The notes under the pieces were generated by a model that saw only the letters and a list, made by a program, of their open reading frames with translations, was not told where the DNA came from and ran no database searches. DNA of 64,000 nt, taken from NCBI GenBank assembly GCA_023391105.1, contig JAEWBO010000040.1, positions 39,265-103,264 on the forward strand, read 5' to 3'. The position numbers were made by a program, and so were the translations under genes. Source of the stretch: Bacillota bacterium. GTDB taxonomy: Bacteria; Bacillota; Clostridia; Christensenellales; SZUA-584. Shown piece by piece: positions 45,080 through 55,295 of this stretch; position 1 is the stretch's first letter; each line of letters starts with the position of its first letter.

Positions 45080-45535
45080 TCATCGTCTACGTCTTTTGGA
45101 TTTAAAATAAGTTGTGAGTAATAAAGCACATTCATCGCGCAATATGCCGCCAGTGATACGCGGCATGTGATTGAGCTTGCCTTCGGCAAGGTTGTAAAGC
45201 GAGCCCATTGCGCCGCCTTTCGGGTCGTACGCACCGAACACCACCTCTTCCACACGCGCGTTGATGATGGCGCCGGCACACATAGAACAAGGTTCCAGCG
45301 TCACATATAACGTACACCCGAGAAGCCGCCAGCCTTTCATACGTTTCGCCGCCTTGTTAATTGCCAGCAGCTCGGCATGAGCAAGCGGATTCTTCTTGGT
45401 CTCTCTCAAATTGCATGCTTTTGCAATGATCTTGTTGTTTCGCACGATAACGGCACCCACAGGCACCTCATCTTTTCTAGCAGCCTTCTTGGCCATATCT
45501 ATGGCTGCCGACATAAATTTTTCGTGTATATCCAT
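45080..45535 (-). CDS. tadA: tRNA adenosine(34) deaminase TadA
   Basis: HAELLAI and PCSMCAGAI zinc motifs. 151 aa. Confidence 0.9.
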   Translation of the reverse strand: MDIHEKFMSAAIDMAKKAARKDEVPVGAVIVRNNKIIAKACNLRETKKNPLAHAELLAINKAAKRMKGWRLLGCTLYVTLEPCSMCAGAIINARVEEVVFGAYDPKGGAMGSLYNLAEGKLNHMPRITGGILRDECALLLTTYFKSKRRRR

Positions 45536-45703
45536 AGCGCCATTATACCATTGCCTTATGGTTCGTGCACTTAAACTTTTTCAGTGAAGGTGTAATAAAC
45601 ATGCGCGATGCTCACAAATACTGTGATAAATTCCTTGGTATATTGTGAAAAACAAACATTGGTGTTATATTAAACATATCAATAATTGAGATGGGGTGTG
45701 CGC

Positions 45704-46462
45704 GTGAATACAAAAAGGCGTGATATTATCAAAGATATATTAAACGCTAAGGGCGAAGTGTTTTTACAAGATCTTGAGACAATGTTTCCCGACTGCTCAA
45801 GCATGACACTGCGCCGAGATTTAAAATACTTTGAGGAAGAAGGCCTTGTTAAGCGGACAAGAGGCGGCGCTGTGGCACTCTCTCGTCTGTCGATGGCCGC
45901 GGAAGATATTTACTCCCGGCGCGCTTTGGAAAACACGGCGGCAAAAACGATGATTGCAAAAAAAGCGATCAGCTTTGTGGAAAGCGGGCGCTCTTTGTTT
46001 TTGGATTCAGGCACCACGCTCATGATGTTTGCCAAGCAAATTCCCGACGACTATGTATCGCTGCTCACCAGCGGCCCGAACATCGCGCTTGAACTCATCA
46101 AAAAAGCCAAACCCAATGTCATGCTCGTTGGCGGGCAATTAAGCCGCAACACCATATCTGTTTCGGGCGCAAACGCCGCCAGCTTTTTACATGGTGTCAA
46201 CATCGACACAGCATTTCTGGCGTCCAGCGGCTTTTCACTTCAAAACGGCTTCACAAGCGGTACCTATTCGGAATGTGAGCTTAAGCAGGATGTGTTAAAG
46301 CGGGCATCCAAGGTCATTATGCTCATGGATTCCACCAAGGTGGGCAAGAGCCTGCCCTATACCTTTGGCACACTAGACGACATCGACGTGCTCATCTCTG
46401 ACGAGAGTCTGCCGCAGGATATCCGTCTCGCGGCACAAAGAGCAGGCGTAGAAGTTATCTGA
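45704..46462 (+). CDS. DeoR/GlpR-family transcriptional regulator
   Basis: N-terminal HTH (RRDIIKDILNAKGEVFLQDLETMFPDCSSMTLRRDLKYFEEEGLVKR) plus a sugar-binding domain. Start uncertain (GTG 45704 or TTG 45686). Confidence 0.8.
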   Translation: MNTKRRDIIKDILNAKGEVFLQDLETMFPDCSSMTLRRDLKYFEEEGLVKRTRGGAVALSRLSMAAEDIYSRRALENTAAKTMIAKKAISFVESGRSLFLDSGTTLMMFAKQIPDDYVSLLTSGPNIALELIKKAKPNVMLVGGQLSRNTISVSGANAASFLHGVNIDTAFLASSGFSLQNGFTSGTYSECELKQDVLKRASKVIMLMDSTKVGKSLPYTFGTLDDIDVLISDESLPQDIRLAAQRAGVEVI

Positions 46463-46557
46463 TCCGGAATAAACACGTTTACACAAATAACTGACACAGG
46501 TCCTGCGACTTCTTTTACCCCGCGCTGTGCGCAGCTCAAAGAAAATGAATCGGTTGA

Positions 46558-47751
46558 TTATTTATTAACCTTCAGAAGCCTTCTGACAACAGATAAGATC
46601 GGTTTAAATACGATACCCTCCATTTCTTTTCTCACTTTCTTTAAGTCTTTGCGGATTTCAATGTTTTGAGGACAATGCCGCTCACATTTTCCGCATTCGG
46701 TGCACAGAGAGGCAAAACCGGGGTTCTTTGCGCCCATGCCAAGATTCTGATAATATGTTATGCGTGATCCTTTTTTACCCAGTAGGTATTTGTCATTATA
46801 AACTGAAAAGCATCCCGGAATATTCACACCAAAGGGACAAGGCATGCAATAACCGCAGCCAGTACAAGGCACTCTGGTTTTTTCCAGCATAACCGCTTTT
46901 ACACGTTTGAAAATCTTATGTTCCTGTTCCGACAGGGCACCCGCCTGTGCATCGGAAGCTATACGAATATTTTCCGCAAGCTGCTCTTCATCGCTCATTC
47001 CCGATAAAACGACCATCACCTCCGGTTGGTTCCAAACCCAGCGCAATGCCCATTCAGCCGGTGAACGTTCTTGATCATAGCTCTTAAATTCGTCCAATAT
47101 CTCTTGCGGCAGGTTGTTGACCAGCTTTCCGCCGCGCAGAGGTTCCATGACAATAACCGGAATACCCATAGAATACGCCAGCTCAAGACCTGACTTTGTC
47201 GCCTGGTTGTTTTCATCAAGATAGTTGTATTGGATCTGGCAGAAGTCCCACGGGTAAGCATGAATCAGCTGTTCAAAATCCGTCTTCTCACCATGAAATG
47301 AGAAACCGAGATTCTTGATAATGCCATCCTTTTTCTGCTGTTCCAGCCAATCCATCACGCCGATCTTTGCCATCCGGTCAAACCCGGCTTTATCCGACAG
47401 CATATGCAACAGATAATAATCGATATAATTTGTTCTTAATTTATTCAGTTGATTCTGAAATATCTTTTTCGCACCATCGAGGCTGCTTACCATATAATGA
47501 GGCAGCTTGGTGGCCACCATAACCGTTTGCCTATACCCGCCTTCCAAAGCTTTTCCTAGCAGCGGTTCACTTTTTCCGCCATGATAAGGATAGGCCGTGT
47601 CGAAATAATTGACGCCCTGTTTGATGGCATCTCTTATCATTGCGATGGCTCTATCTTCGTCGATATGACCGCCCTTCATTGGCAGACGCATGCATCCAAA
47701 TCCGAGTATGGATAGTGTATCACCATTTTTGATGTTTTCTCTGGTTAACAT
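46558..47751 (-). CDS. Aldo/keto reductase with C-terminal 4Fe-4S ferredoxin-type domain
   Basis: AKR N-terminal domain (GFGCMRLP..., DTAYPYHGG). Cys clusters CTGCGYCMPCP and CTECGKCERHCP. Confidence 0.8.
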   Translation of the reverse strand: MLTRENIKNGDTLSILGFGCMRLPMKGGHIDEDRAIAMIRDAIKQGVNYFDTAYPYHGGKSEPLLGKALEGGYRQTVMVATKLPHYMVSSLDGAKKIFQNQLNKLRTNYIDYYLLHMLSDKAGFDRMAKIGVMDWLEQQKKDGIIKNLGFSFHGEKTDFEQLIHAYPWDFCQIQYNYLDENNQATKSGLELAYSMGIPVIVMEPLRGGKLVNNLPQEILDEFKSYDQERSPAEWALRWVWNQPEVMVVLSGMSDEEQLAENIRIASDAQAGALSEQEHKIFKRVKAVMLEKTRVPCTGCGYCMPCPFGVNIPGCFSVYNDKYLLGKKGSRITYYQNLGMGAKNPGFASLCTECGKCERHCPQNIEIRKDLKKVRKEMEGIVFKPILSVVRRLLKVNK

Positions 47752-47926
47752 GTCTCACCCCTATATAGCATGACAATAAAACAGCGGCGCCTTGTATCGA
47801 TGCCGCTGAAACTGAAAAATTTATTGACCGTCGTCGTCTTGACTGTCGTCGTCCTGCCGTGACGCTGAGTTTTCTTCTTTTTCGTCCGGACTATTTGCCA
47901 AAAAGTATTCGTAAAGATAGTTCGTG

Positions 47927-48142
47927 TCAGTCATCCTCTTCCTCCCTGAATTCTAAAATATCTCCAGGCTGGCAGTTTAGCTCAATACAGATTGCGTTCA
48001 ATGTAGAAAAACGAATCGCTTTTGCCTTGCCTGTTTTTAAAATGGATAAATTCGCCTTGGTGATGCCCACTTTATCAGAGAGCTCATTGAGCGATATTTT
48101 CCGTTTTGCCATCATGACATCAAGATTCACGATTATAGCCAA
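47927..48142 (-). CDS. YozG-like XRE-family HTH regulator
   Basis: 71 aa. NLDVMMAKRKISLNELSDKVGITKANLSILKTGKAKAIRFSTLNAICIELNCQPGDILEF. Confidence 0.85.
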   Translation of the reverse strand: MAIIVNLDVMMAKRKISLNELSDKVGITKANLSILKTGKAKAIRFSTLNAICIELNCQPGDILEFREEEDD

Positions 48143-48161
48143 TGGCTCTCCTCCTTTTCCC

Positions 48162-48632
48162 CTAAATTGTCAGGTCGTTTTCGTCTTTGAGCTTAATGGC
48201 CTTATCAAACACGGCCGCCAGCGTTTGGCAAAACAGGCTGGATAGCAGCCCGAGAATCGCCACGACAGGCGTCATCACCGAAAAATCCACAAACGTTTTG
48301 ACAATGAGCACGAAAGCCATAAACGCGCAAATATATGAAATATATTTGAGATAAAGCACGTTCTTGTAGACAAACGGCGAGCTTATGTTCACTGTCTTTA
48401 AGAGTTTCTGCAAAAACAATAAAATCAACCAGCAGCATACGCTGCAGATCTCGATAAATGTCAGCGTGGCCCATTTATTCTGCGCATCACCTGCAATATA
48501 GGTGTTGACAAATTCGGGATCAAAATAAGCAAAAATAAAAGGCACTGCAATGATGATAACAGGACTGACCACCAGCAAAACTTCAAGCATCCGCTGAAGT
48601 ATGAGCGGAATATTCCATCTGTCTGCCATCAT
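48162..48632 (-). CDS. DUF2975-family membrane protein
   Basis: 156 aa, 4 TM. C-terminal ...KLKDENDLTI. Usual partner of YozG-like regulators. Confidence 0.7.
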   Translation of the reverse strand: MMADRWNIPLILQRMLEVLLVVSPVIIIAVPFIFAYFDPEFVNTYIAGDAQNKWATLTFIEICSVCCWLILLFLQKLLKTVNISSPFVYKNVLYLKYISYICAFMAFVLIVKTFVDFSVMTPVVAILGLLSSLFCQTLAAVFDKAIKLKDENDLTI

Positions 48633-48891
48633 TGAATACCTCCATTTTTTGTGAGAATAGCACAGCGCATGATTAAAGTCAACAATTAATTATCGGTTTT
48701 CAATACCATATTATTCTTTACTGATGAAGCTGAAAGTATACATACGGTCAAATGGCACAGAAAACGATTTATTTGAAAAGCTTTTTTCATGATACCTTTG
48801 TGTCCAAAAATACGGCCTAAAGTTATGGTATACTTGTCCCGAAGGAATATTGAATATATTTATTCTTTCGAGAAAGGCTGCATGAACGTAT

Positions 48892-50109
48892 ATGGATACA
48901 ACGGGTTATATCATGATCGGCGCGGCAATTGTGCTGCTGGTTATCATTTTGGCACTCTTGCTCTCGCGAAAAAATGAGACGATTCACGCGGACAAAACGC
49001 TAAATCAGCTGCAAAACACGCTGATCACGCTTCTTGGGGATTTAAAGCAGCAAAGCGCGCAAAGCGCCTATCAGCAGCGCCGCGAGGTGATGGAGATGTT
49101 TAAGGTGCTGGGCGACGGCTTTACCAAAACGCTGTCCGACACCGCTTCTCAAAGCCGTGAGAACATGGACGCGCTGCGCAAAACCGTCGAGCGACAATTA
49201 AAGGAGATGTCTGAGGCCAACGAGCGGCGCTTGGAGCAGATGCGAAAGACCGTGGATGAGCAGCTCTCTGATGTGCTGCAAAAGCGTCTCACTGGCTCGT
49301 TCAAGCAGGTGAGCGACCAATTGGAGCAGGTGTTCAAAAGCATGGGCGAGGTGCGTTCCCTGGCCGCAGGCGTGGGCGATTTAAAGCGTGTTCTCTCAAA
49401 TGTTAAGGTGCGCGGCACATGGGGTGAAACGCAGCTAGGGAGCCTGCTTTCGGCCATGCTCTCCCCTGTACAGTTTATGCGCGACGCGAGCGTGAAGGAC
49501 AATCGCGAGCGCGTGGAATTTGCCATCGTGCTGCCCGGCAGCGGTGATGACAACGTGCTGCTGCCCATCGATTCCAAATTCCCAATGGAGGATTTTATTA
49601 AAAAAGAAGAGATGTTTGCGACAGGCAACAAGGAACTCGCCAAGGAAGCGATTAAGGCGCTTTCAAAAAGCCTTATGACAGAAGCCAAGCGCATCCGCGA
49701 CAAATACATTAACCCGCCGGTGACCACGGATTTCGCGATCATGTACTTGCCCACCGAAGGGCTGTATGCCGACGCAATATCGCTCGGCATCTCGGATATC
49801 TGCCAGCGCGAATGCCATGTCACCATCGCCGGGCCTTCCACGCTGACCGCTCTGCTGAGCAGCCTGCAGATGGGCTTCCGGACGCTCGCGATCGAAAAGC
49901 AGTCTGGCGAGGTCTTAAAGCTGCTGGATGCCACACGCAAGGCGTTCGGCGGGTTTACCGATGCCATTGACAGAACACAGCGCAGTCTGCGCGCCGCTCA
50001 GAACAATCTGGAGGACGCTTCGCGCAAATCGCGCAGCATTGAAAAAGAGCTAAGCCGTATTGACGGCATTGAAACAAAAGCCATCGATGACGTGTCAGTT
50101 TCCCTATAA
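48892..50109 (+). CDS. rmuC: DNA recombination protein RmuC
   Basis: 405 aa. N-terminal TM, long coiled coil, then the nuclease-like domain (VEFAIVLPG...LLPIDSKFP...YINPPVTTDFAIMYLPTEGLY). Confidence 0.85.
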   Translation: MDTTGYIMIGAAIVLLVIILALLLSRKNETIHADKTLNQLQNTLITLLGDLKQQSAQSAYQQRREVMEMFKVLGDGFTKTLSDTASQSRENMDALRKTVERQLKEMSEANERRLEQMRKTVDEQLSDVLQKRLTGSFKQVSDQLEQVFKSMGEVRSLAAGVGDLKRVLSNVKVRGTWGETQLGSLLSAMLSPVQFMRDASVKDNRERVEFAIVLPGSGDDNVLLPIDSKFPMEDFIKKEEMFATGNKELAKEAIKALSKSLMTEAKRIRDKYINPPVTTDFAIMYLPTEGLYADAISLGISDICQRECHVTIAGPSTLTALLSSLQMGFRTLAIEKQSGEVLKLLDATRKAFGGFTDAIDRTQRSLRAAQNNLEDASRKSRSIEKELSRIDGIETKAIDDVSVSL

Positions 50110-50208
50110 ATCGTGCCGCCATGCACCAAAAAATGCGCGCCTGCGTAGTATAGATTGAGCCTCAAATTAAGGGGATACCTACTAATCTATACAAGGAGGA
50201 CATTATAT

Positions 50209-50430
50209 ATGGGATTTGATGGTGGCTGCGGAGGCGGCTTCGGTGGCTGTAACTGCTGCTTTATTATCATCTTGTTGCTCTGCTGCTGCGGCGGCTTTGG
50301 CGGCGGCTGCAACGATGGCTGCGGAGGCGGCTTTGGCTTTGGTGGCGGATGCAGCTGCATTTGGATTATCATCCTGCTCTGCTGCTGCTGCGGCGATGGC
50401 TTTGGTGGCAGCTGCGGCGCGAAATGCTAA
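50209..50430 (+). CDS. Gly/Cys-rich 73-aa mini-protein with two hydrophobic cores (tandem YjcZ-like modules)
   Basis: ATG at 50209 after AAGGAGG. MGFDGGCGGGFGGCNCCFIIILLLCCCGGFGGGCNDGCGGGFGFGGGCSCIWIIILLCCCCGDGFGGSCGAKC. The internal duplication is visible at nucleotide level. Confidence 0.6.
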   Translation: MGFDGGCGGGFGGCNCCFIIILLLCCCGGFGGGCNDGCGGGFGFGGGCSCIWIIILLCCCCGDGFGGSCGAKC

Positions 50431-50527
50431 AAATTTGTTACCCGATTGCGAAAAGCATCGGTTAAACAACCAGAAGGGTATAGCATTAACATATACACAA
50501 AGTGTATGTTCCTTGCAAATGTCGTGG

Positions 50528-50561
50528 GAGGGCTTATCCGCATATGAAGCCCTCTTTTTTT
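50528..50561 (+). terminator. Intrinsic terminator downstream of the Gly/Cys mini-protein gene
   Basis: gagggctt-atccgcatatg-aagccctc followed by TTTTTTT. Confidence 0.7.
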
Positions 50562-50577
50562 GCTTCGGGGGGCAGCC

Positions 50578-50973
50578 TTACTCTTCCTTTGTATGAAACG
50601 GCTCCCCTATCTCGACAATATGACGGTCGGGGTCGAAGAAACGAAACACTCTTTGCCCCCATGCCTGCTGCTCAATGCCGTGTATGATCGGCACGCCCGC
50701 TCCCTTGATGCGCTCATACATTCCTTCCAGCTCTTTTGTCTCGAAATAGATCAGCACATTCCTCCCCCCCTGACGCAAAGCGGTTTTGAAGCTCTGCCTC
50801 TTGAACACCGTTTTGATGATACTTTTTGCCTGATGCAGCACAAGATGGTTTTCGAAGAATGTGATTGTTCCGAAATCCTCAAGAATTGTCTGCCCCAGCA
50901 GCTCCGAATAGAACGCCTTGGCGCGCTGCAAATCCTTAACAAAAACGATGGTGTTGACGAATACCGTTCTCAT
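50578..50973 (-). CDS. VOC (glyoxalase/bleomycin-resistance) family protein
   Basis: 131 aa. ...VKDLQRAKAFYSELLG...FRFFDPDRHIVEIGE. Confidence 0.75.
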   Translation of the reverse strand: MRTVFVNTIVFVKDLQRAKAFYSELLGQTILEDFGTITFFENHLVLHQAKSIIKTVFKRQSFKTALRQGGRNVLIYFETKELEGMYERIKGAGVPIIHGIEQQAWGQRVFRFFDPDRHIVEIGEPFHTKEE

Positions 50974-51425
50974 AGTTTATCCCTCATCATATGAATATCA
51001 TTATTTTCTGTTAAAATATCCAATTAGCGATATGATACCACACTCAATGTTTATCAGCATCACCCAGATATGAAAAATAGGGCGTATTTTGTAAAATAAT
51101 CGTTTATGGTGGATGATGATGTGTGGTATAATTTGTTATGCCGATATTATTAAAGTGATGATTATTCAAAGCGCGATTATGTCTATTATACGCAACTCGT
51201 TAATCATATAAGTGATCCCTAATGCGAAGTAAGTTGGTATGATGCAGTCGGTTCACAGAGAACTATTTCATACCGTTTATACTTACACACGGAAGAATCC
51301 AAAAAAGTCAAGCGATAATGATAAAGATTCATGACTTCTCAGCATATATTAATAATTTGTCGATTTTATTATTATAAATAGATAGGCTTGTGTACTCCGA
51401 GAAGCCTGAAGGTAAGGGCAATCAA

Positions 51426-51521
51426 ATGACTATAAGCTATAAAAAGTTATGGAAACTCAAAAGCCACACTATTCTTATTATTTATGATTCAAGAAAGATG
51501 TGTAATTTCAATCATTCATAG
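51426..51521 (+). pseudogene. Possible remnant of an XRE-type HTH gene (only the first 11 codons recognisable)
   Basis: MTISYKKLWKL matches the very common N-terminus MxISYxKLWKLLIDxxM of small Firmicute HTH regulators. The frame then diverges and stops after 31 codons, overlapping the TetR gene end. Confidence 0.25.
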
Positions 51522-52043
51522 TAACGCCCGCACAAGCGATTCAATTTCAGGCTGCATATTGGATAGCAGCGTTCCCATTTTTTCCGGCGTATCGACCATC
51601 CCACGGGAGATCCATTCGTTCAACACTCCGAACACACATCCAGAAAGACAAGCCTTACTATATGCTACTTCATCCTTGTCACTTTCCAAAAGTCCGAAAG
51701 TGTTGTTGATGCTTTCAATCAAAAGATGGGACAGCCGCTGTTTATACAGAAGTATCAGAATTTCCTTTACATCCAGACAATGCTCAAACATTGCTGTGAT
51801 ATAATCCTTTGTACTTGTTGGCGTAAACGCTCCCCACCACTTTATTACTTCCTCGTCCAGCTTGGCTACGAGAACGGATTCCTTGCTGTCATAATTGCGA
51901 TAGAAGGAGACTCTGCCTACACCTGCCTTTTTTGTCAGTTCCATAACAGTGATTTCGTGGAACGGCTGTTTCCGCATTAGGATCAGCAGGGCTTCCGTGA
52001 TGCACTCCCGTATGATTTGGTTGTTTACGTTCTTCCGACGCAT
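51516..52043 (-). CDS. TetR/AcrR-family transcriptional regulator
   Basis: HTH FHEITVMELTKKAGVGRVSFYRNY. Confidence 0.85.
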   Translation of the reverse strand: MRRKNVNNQIIRECITEALLILMRKQPFHEITVMELTKKAGVGRVSFYRNYDSKESVLVAKLDEEVIKWWGAFTPTSTKDYITAMFEHCLDVKEILILLYKQRLSHLLIESINNTFGLLESDKDEVAYSKACLSGCVFGVLNEWISRGMVDTPEKMGTLLSNMQPEIESLVRALL

Positions 52044-52171
52044 TTATGATACACCTACCCATCATATGTTTCACTTCGCTGAAACTTGCAGAAAGTTCAT
52101 TGCGTTTCAGCCGGTCCTTGACTATAATTATGATACATCTGTTTCTAATTTGAATCAAGGAGAATTATTCA

Positions 52172-53383
52172 ATGTATCAAATCGACTGGATTGCTGATGA
52201 AATTAAACATGTTTGTTTGACATACAAACGCCGTATAGCTGGCTCGGACAGCGATCGGGCTTGCGGTGACTATTTAGTGGAAAAACTGCAAAAGTTCTCT
52301 GATACGGTTGATAAAGAAGATTTTTTCTTGCATCCAAAAGCGTTTATAGGGAGCTTTGCTTTTCAAGCGACTTGTAAGTTTATCACAGCGGTTTTCTTCT
52401 TTGCATCACTGTTTCTTCATTTACCTATATTGTCTGCAATAGGTGTGGTATTTGCACTGTTGGTCGCCATATCGTGGGTTTTCGAATATTTTATGTATAG
52501 ACAATGCTTTGACTTCCTATACCCAAAGCGCATCTCACAAAATATTATGGCTGTCAGGAAAGCAGAAAAAGAAACAAGGCAGCGTATTATCATCTGCGGT
52601 CATTCGGATGCCGCGTATGAAATGCCATTTTTTCTGAAGCTCAAAGCAGTTCCGATCTACACGATGAGCATAATTGGCGTACTCGGCATTTTCTACAGTC
52701 TTGCCATTTGCTTAATCAACACATTTTATCCCCTATCCGGTTCATCAGCAATCGTATTCGGAACCATAGAAGGACTTCTATTGATTGTAGATGTGTTCTT
52801 TCTGCTTTTCGTGGATTGGAATACTGTCGCAGACGGAGCCAATGACAATCTGACCGGATGCTATCTCGGCATGAGTATCTTAAAAGACATGAAAGAAAAA
52901 GGTGAACGACTTGAGCATACCGATGTTTGCTGCCTGATTACCGGCGGTGAGGAAAGCGGCCTTCGCGGATCCTTTGCTTATGCAAAAAAGCATCGGCAGG
53001 AGCTTCTGGAGACGAACACGGTTGTGATCGCTGCGGATACGATCCATTCAACAGATCAGCTGATGATCTATACACGGGGAATTAATTTCACGCAAAAAAA
53101 CAACAAGGAAGTGTGTGAGCTGCTCAGGAAAGCTGGAAAGGAATGCGGTGTGACGCTGCCAGACACAGATTTCTATCTCGGAGCCACCGATGCGGATGCC
53201 TTTTCGCGCAATGGTATCAAGGCGGCGGCAATTTGTGGAGTCCACCACACGCCAAGCACCTATTACCATACCCGTTTTGACACTTGGAATAATATCGATA
53301 AGGATTGCATCGCCCTTACAAGAGATATCCTAAAAGCAAGCATACGCTTGTATGACGAGGCACTTGCTACACAGAACGAATAA
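52172..53383 (+). CDS. M28-family metallopeptidase with internal TM segments
   Basis: ICGHSDAAYE, NDNLTGC, GGEESGLRGS motifs. Several hydrophobic helices between residues about 60 and 210. Confidence 0.7.
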   Translation: MYQIDWIADEIKHVCLTYKRRIAGSDSDRACGDYLVEKLQKFSDTVDKEDFFLHPKAFIGSFAFQATCKFITAVFFFASLFLHLPILSAIGVVFALLVAISWVFEYFMYRQCFDFLYPKRISQNIMAVRKAEKETRQRIIICGHSDAAYEMPFFLKLKAVPIYTMSIIGVLGIFYSLAICLINTFYPLSGSSAIVFGTIEGLLLIVDVFFLLFVDWNTVADGANDNLTGCYLGMSILKDMKEKGERLEHTDVCCLITGGEESGLRGSFAYAKKHRQELLETNTVVIAADTIHSTDQLMIYTRGINFTQKNNKEVCELLRKAGKECGVTLPDTDFYLGATDADAFSRNGIKAAAICGVHHTPSTYYHTRFDTWNNIDKDCIALTRDILKASIRLYDEALATQNE

Positions 53384-53658
53384 GGCTGAAAGATGATAGA
53401 ATACAGGCTGATTAAAAGGAAGAACTCATGACTAATATTACGAACCTAGATGATTTCCTCAACAAACGCGAGATAAGGGATGGTCTCTTCGATATATATG
53501 AAAAAGTATGTAGAAAGCAATGTATCCCTCTACGAGTCGATGATAAGCCATTGATACTGTGTAGACCTTAATATAACTTGACGTGAACATTATCCATATA
53601 ACCGAAATGAGCAGTTTAGGCAATAATGGAAAGCTGCGTTAGCGACTATACTTGTTTC

Positions 53659-54288
53659 TTAAAACTCCAGCAAGCTTTTGATCGCATAAGTCGGTTTCAG
53701 TGCGAGAATGTCAGCCGTCTCGCCGTAGCCGTATTCCACGGCACAGCTATCCGCGCCCGCCGCGTGCGCATATTTGATGTCCGTCACAGTATCGCCAATC
53801 ATCAGCGTGTCAGATACGTCCACGCCGAACCGGCCGCACAGCTTAAAAAGGCTGTCGGGGTCGGGCTTGCGCTTTTCCACGTCGTCAAACGTGAGCACCG
53901 CGTCGAACATGTCAAGAGCGTGGGTATCGAGAATTTTGAGCGTCGGGGCCTTGAATTTCATCGTGACGAGCGCGAGATACGCGCCGTCGTCTTTTAACCG
54001 CCGCAGCAATTCTTCGCCGCCTTCATACACGCAGGTGTTGTCGGCGCACATCTCTTCGTAATCCTTGGTAAACCGCTCGAGGTGCGGCGCAAGCTCTTCT
54101 CCCACGAGGCCGGTTAGCATGCTCACGGCGTTCTTCGCGCCGCCGCCGATGGCGCGCGCCACCTCATCCAGATTGGGCGCGGGCAAGCCTGCGTCTTGCA
54201 GCGTCTTTTGCAGCGCACGGGCAATGTCCGGGCGCGTGTCCACCAGTGTGCCGTCCAGATCGAATATATAAAGCTTATAATCTCTCAT
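53659..54288 (-). CDS. HAD-family hydrolase (phosphoglycolate phosphatase-like)
   Basis: [12 protein letters not shown] motif I. ...MIGDTVTDI... motif IV region. Confidence 0.8.
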   Translation of the reverse strand: MRDYKLYIFDLDGTLVDTRPDIARALQKTLQDAGLPAPNLDEVARAIGGGAKNAVSMLTGLVGEELAPHLERFTKDYEEMCADNTCVYEGGEELLRRLKDDGAYLALVTMKFKAPTLKILDTHALDMFDAVLTFDDVEKRKPDPDSLFKLCGRFGVDVSDTLMIGDTVTDIKYAHAAGADSCAVEYGYGETADILALKPTYAIKSLLEF

Positions 54289-55286
54289 ATCTGCCTCGGC
54301 GCCACGCCGATTTTTTTATACACCTTGCGCAGCATGCGCACCGCATTGGCGCCCGCGCGCTCCGCGCCGCTCTGTATCGTCTGATTGAGATACGCTTTGT
54401 CCGCACGGATTTTTGCGAACTGCTGCTGCAGCGGTTCCAGCTCGGCGCAGACAGCATCCGCCACGCGCGACTTTAATACGCCGTAGCCCTGCCCCTCAAA
54501 TTCGGTCTCAATCTCCTCAAACGATTTGCCTGTCACGGCGCTGTATATGGACATGAGGTTAGACACGCCGGGCTTGTCCTCTGCATAGCGCACCTGCCCT
54601 TCCGAATCCGTGACCGCACGTTTGAACTTCCTTTGTATCACCTCAGGAGAATCGAGCAGCGACACGTACGCGTTCTCGTTATCGTCCGATTTGCTCATTT
54701 TGCTTGTGGGTTCGGAAAGGCTCATGATGCGCGCGCCCGCTTTGGGGATATACGGCTCGGGCACCACAAACACATCGCCATAGACGTTATTGAAGCGCTG
54801 CGCGATATCGCGCGTGATCTCAAGGTGCTGCTTCTGATCCGCGCCCACGGGGACGAGGTCTGTGCCAAAAAGCAGGATATCCGCGGCCATGAGCACGGGA
54901 TACGTGTAAAGCCCCGCGTTGATGTTGTCCGCGTGGCGTTCGCTTTTCTCCTTAAACTGCGTCATACGCGACAGCTCGCCAAGGTATGTGAAGCAGTTCA
55001 GCACCCACATGAGCTCTGCATGACATGACACATGAGACTGAAAGTAGATGATATTCTTTTCGGGATCAAGACCGGCAGCCAGCAGCAGCGACATCGTATC
55101 CAGACAGCGTTTTCGGAGATTCGCCGCATCCTGACGCACCGTGAGCGCGTGCATGTCCACCACGCAGTAATAGCAGTTGTATTCGTCCTGCAGCTTCACC
55201 CAGTTCTTGATCGCGCCCAGATAGTTGCCGATAGTGAGCACACCTGAGGGCTGCACGCCCGAAAATATGATCTTCTTATCCTCCAT
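54285..55286 (-). CDS. trpS: Tryptophan--tRNA ligase
   Basis: 333 aa. [15 protein letters not shown] (HIGH-class region) and KMSKS. Confidence 0.92.
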   Translation of the reverse strand: MEDKKIIFSGVQPSGVLTIGNYLGAIKNWVKLQDEYNCYYCVVDMHALTVRQDAANLRKRCLDTMSLLLAAGLDPEKNIIYFQSHVSCHAELMWVLNCFTYLGELSRMTQFKEKSERHADNINAGLYTYPVLMAADILLFGTDLVPVGADQKQHLEITRDIAQRFNNVYGDVFVVPEPYIPKAGARIMSLSEPTSKMSKSDDNENAYVSLLDSPEVIQRKFKRAVTDSEGQVRYAEDKPGVSNLMSIYSAVTGKSFEEIETEFEGQGYGVLKSRVADAVCAELEPLQQQFAKIRADKAYLNQTIQSGAERAGANAVRMLRKVYKKIGVAPRQI

Positions 55287-55295
55287 GATCTCCTC

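Noticed and set aside
47821-47934. 37-aa acidic ORF (MTDTNYLYEYFLANSPDEKEENSASRQDDDSQDDDGQ) overlapping the stop of the YozG-like regulator by ATGA.
   Set aside because: The coupling geometry is attractive, but there is no recognisable family and the composition is low-complexity. Evidence is insufficient.
50203-50596. Ala-rich ORFs (88 aa minus, 126 aa plus) overlapping the Gly/Cys mini-protein gene.
   Set aside because: These are alternative frames of GGC/TGC-rich repeats. Only the 50209 frame has a strong RBS and a plausible start.
53428-53571. 47-aa ORF with an AGGAAG RBS downstream of the M28 peptidase gene.
   Set aside because: No motif and no partner. It is mentioned only as part of the AT-rich patch.
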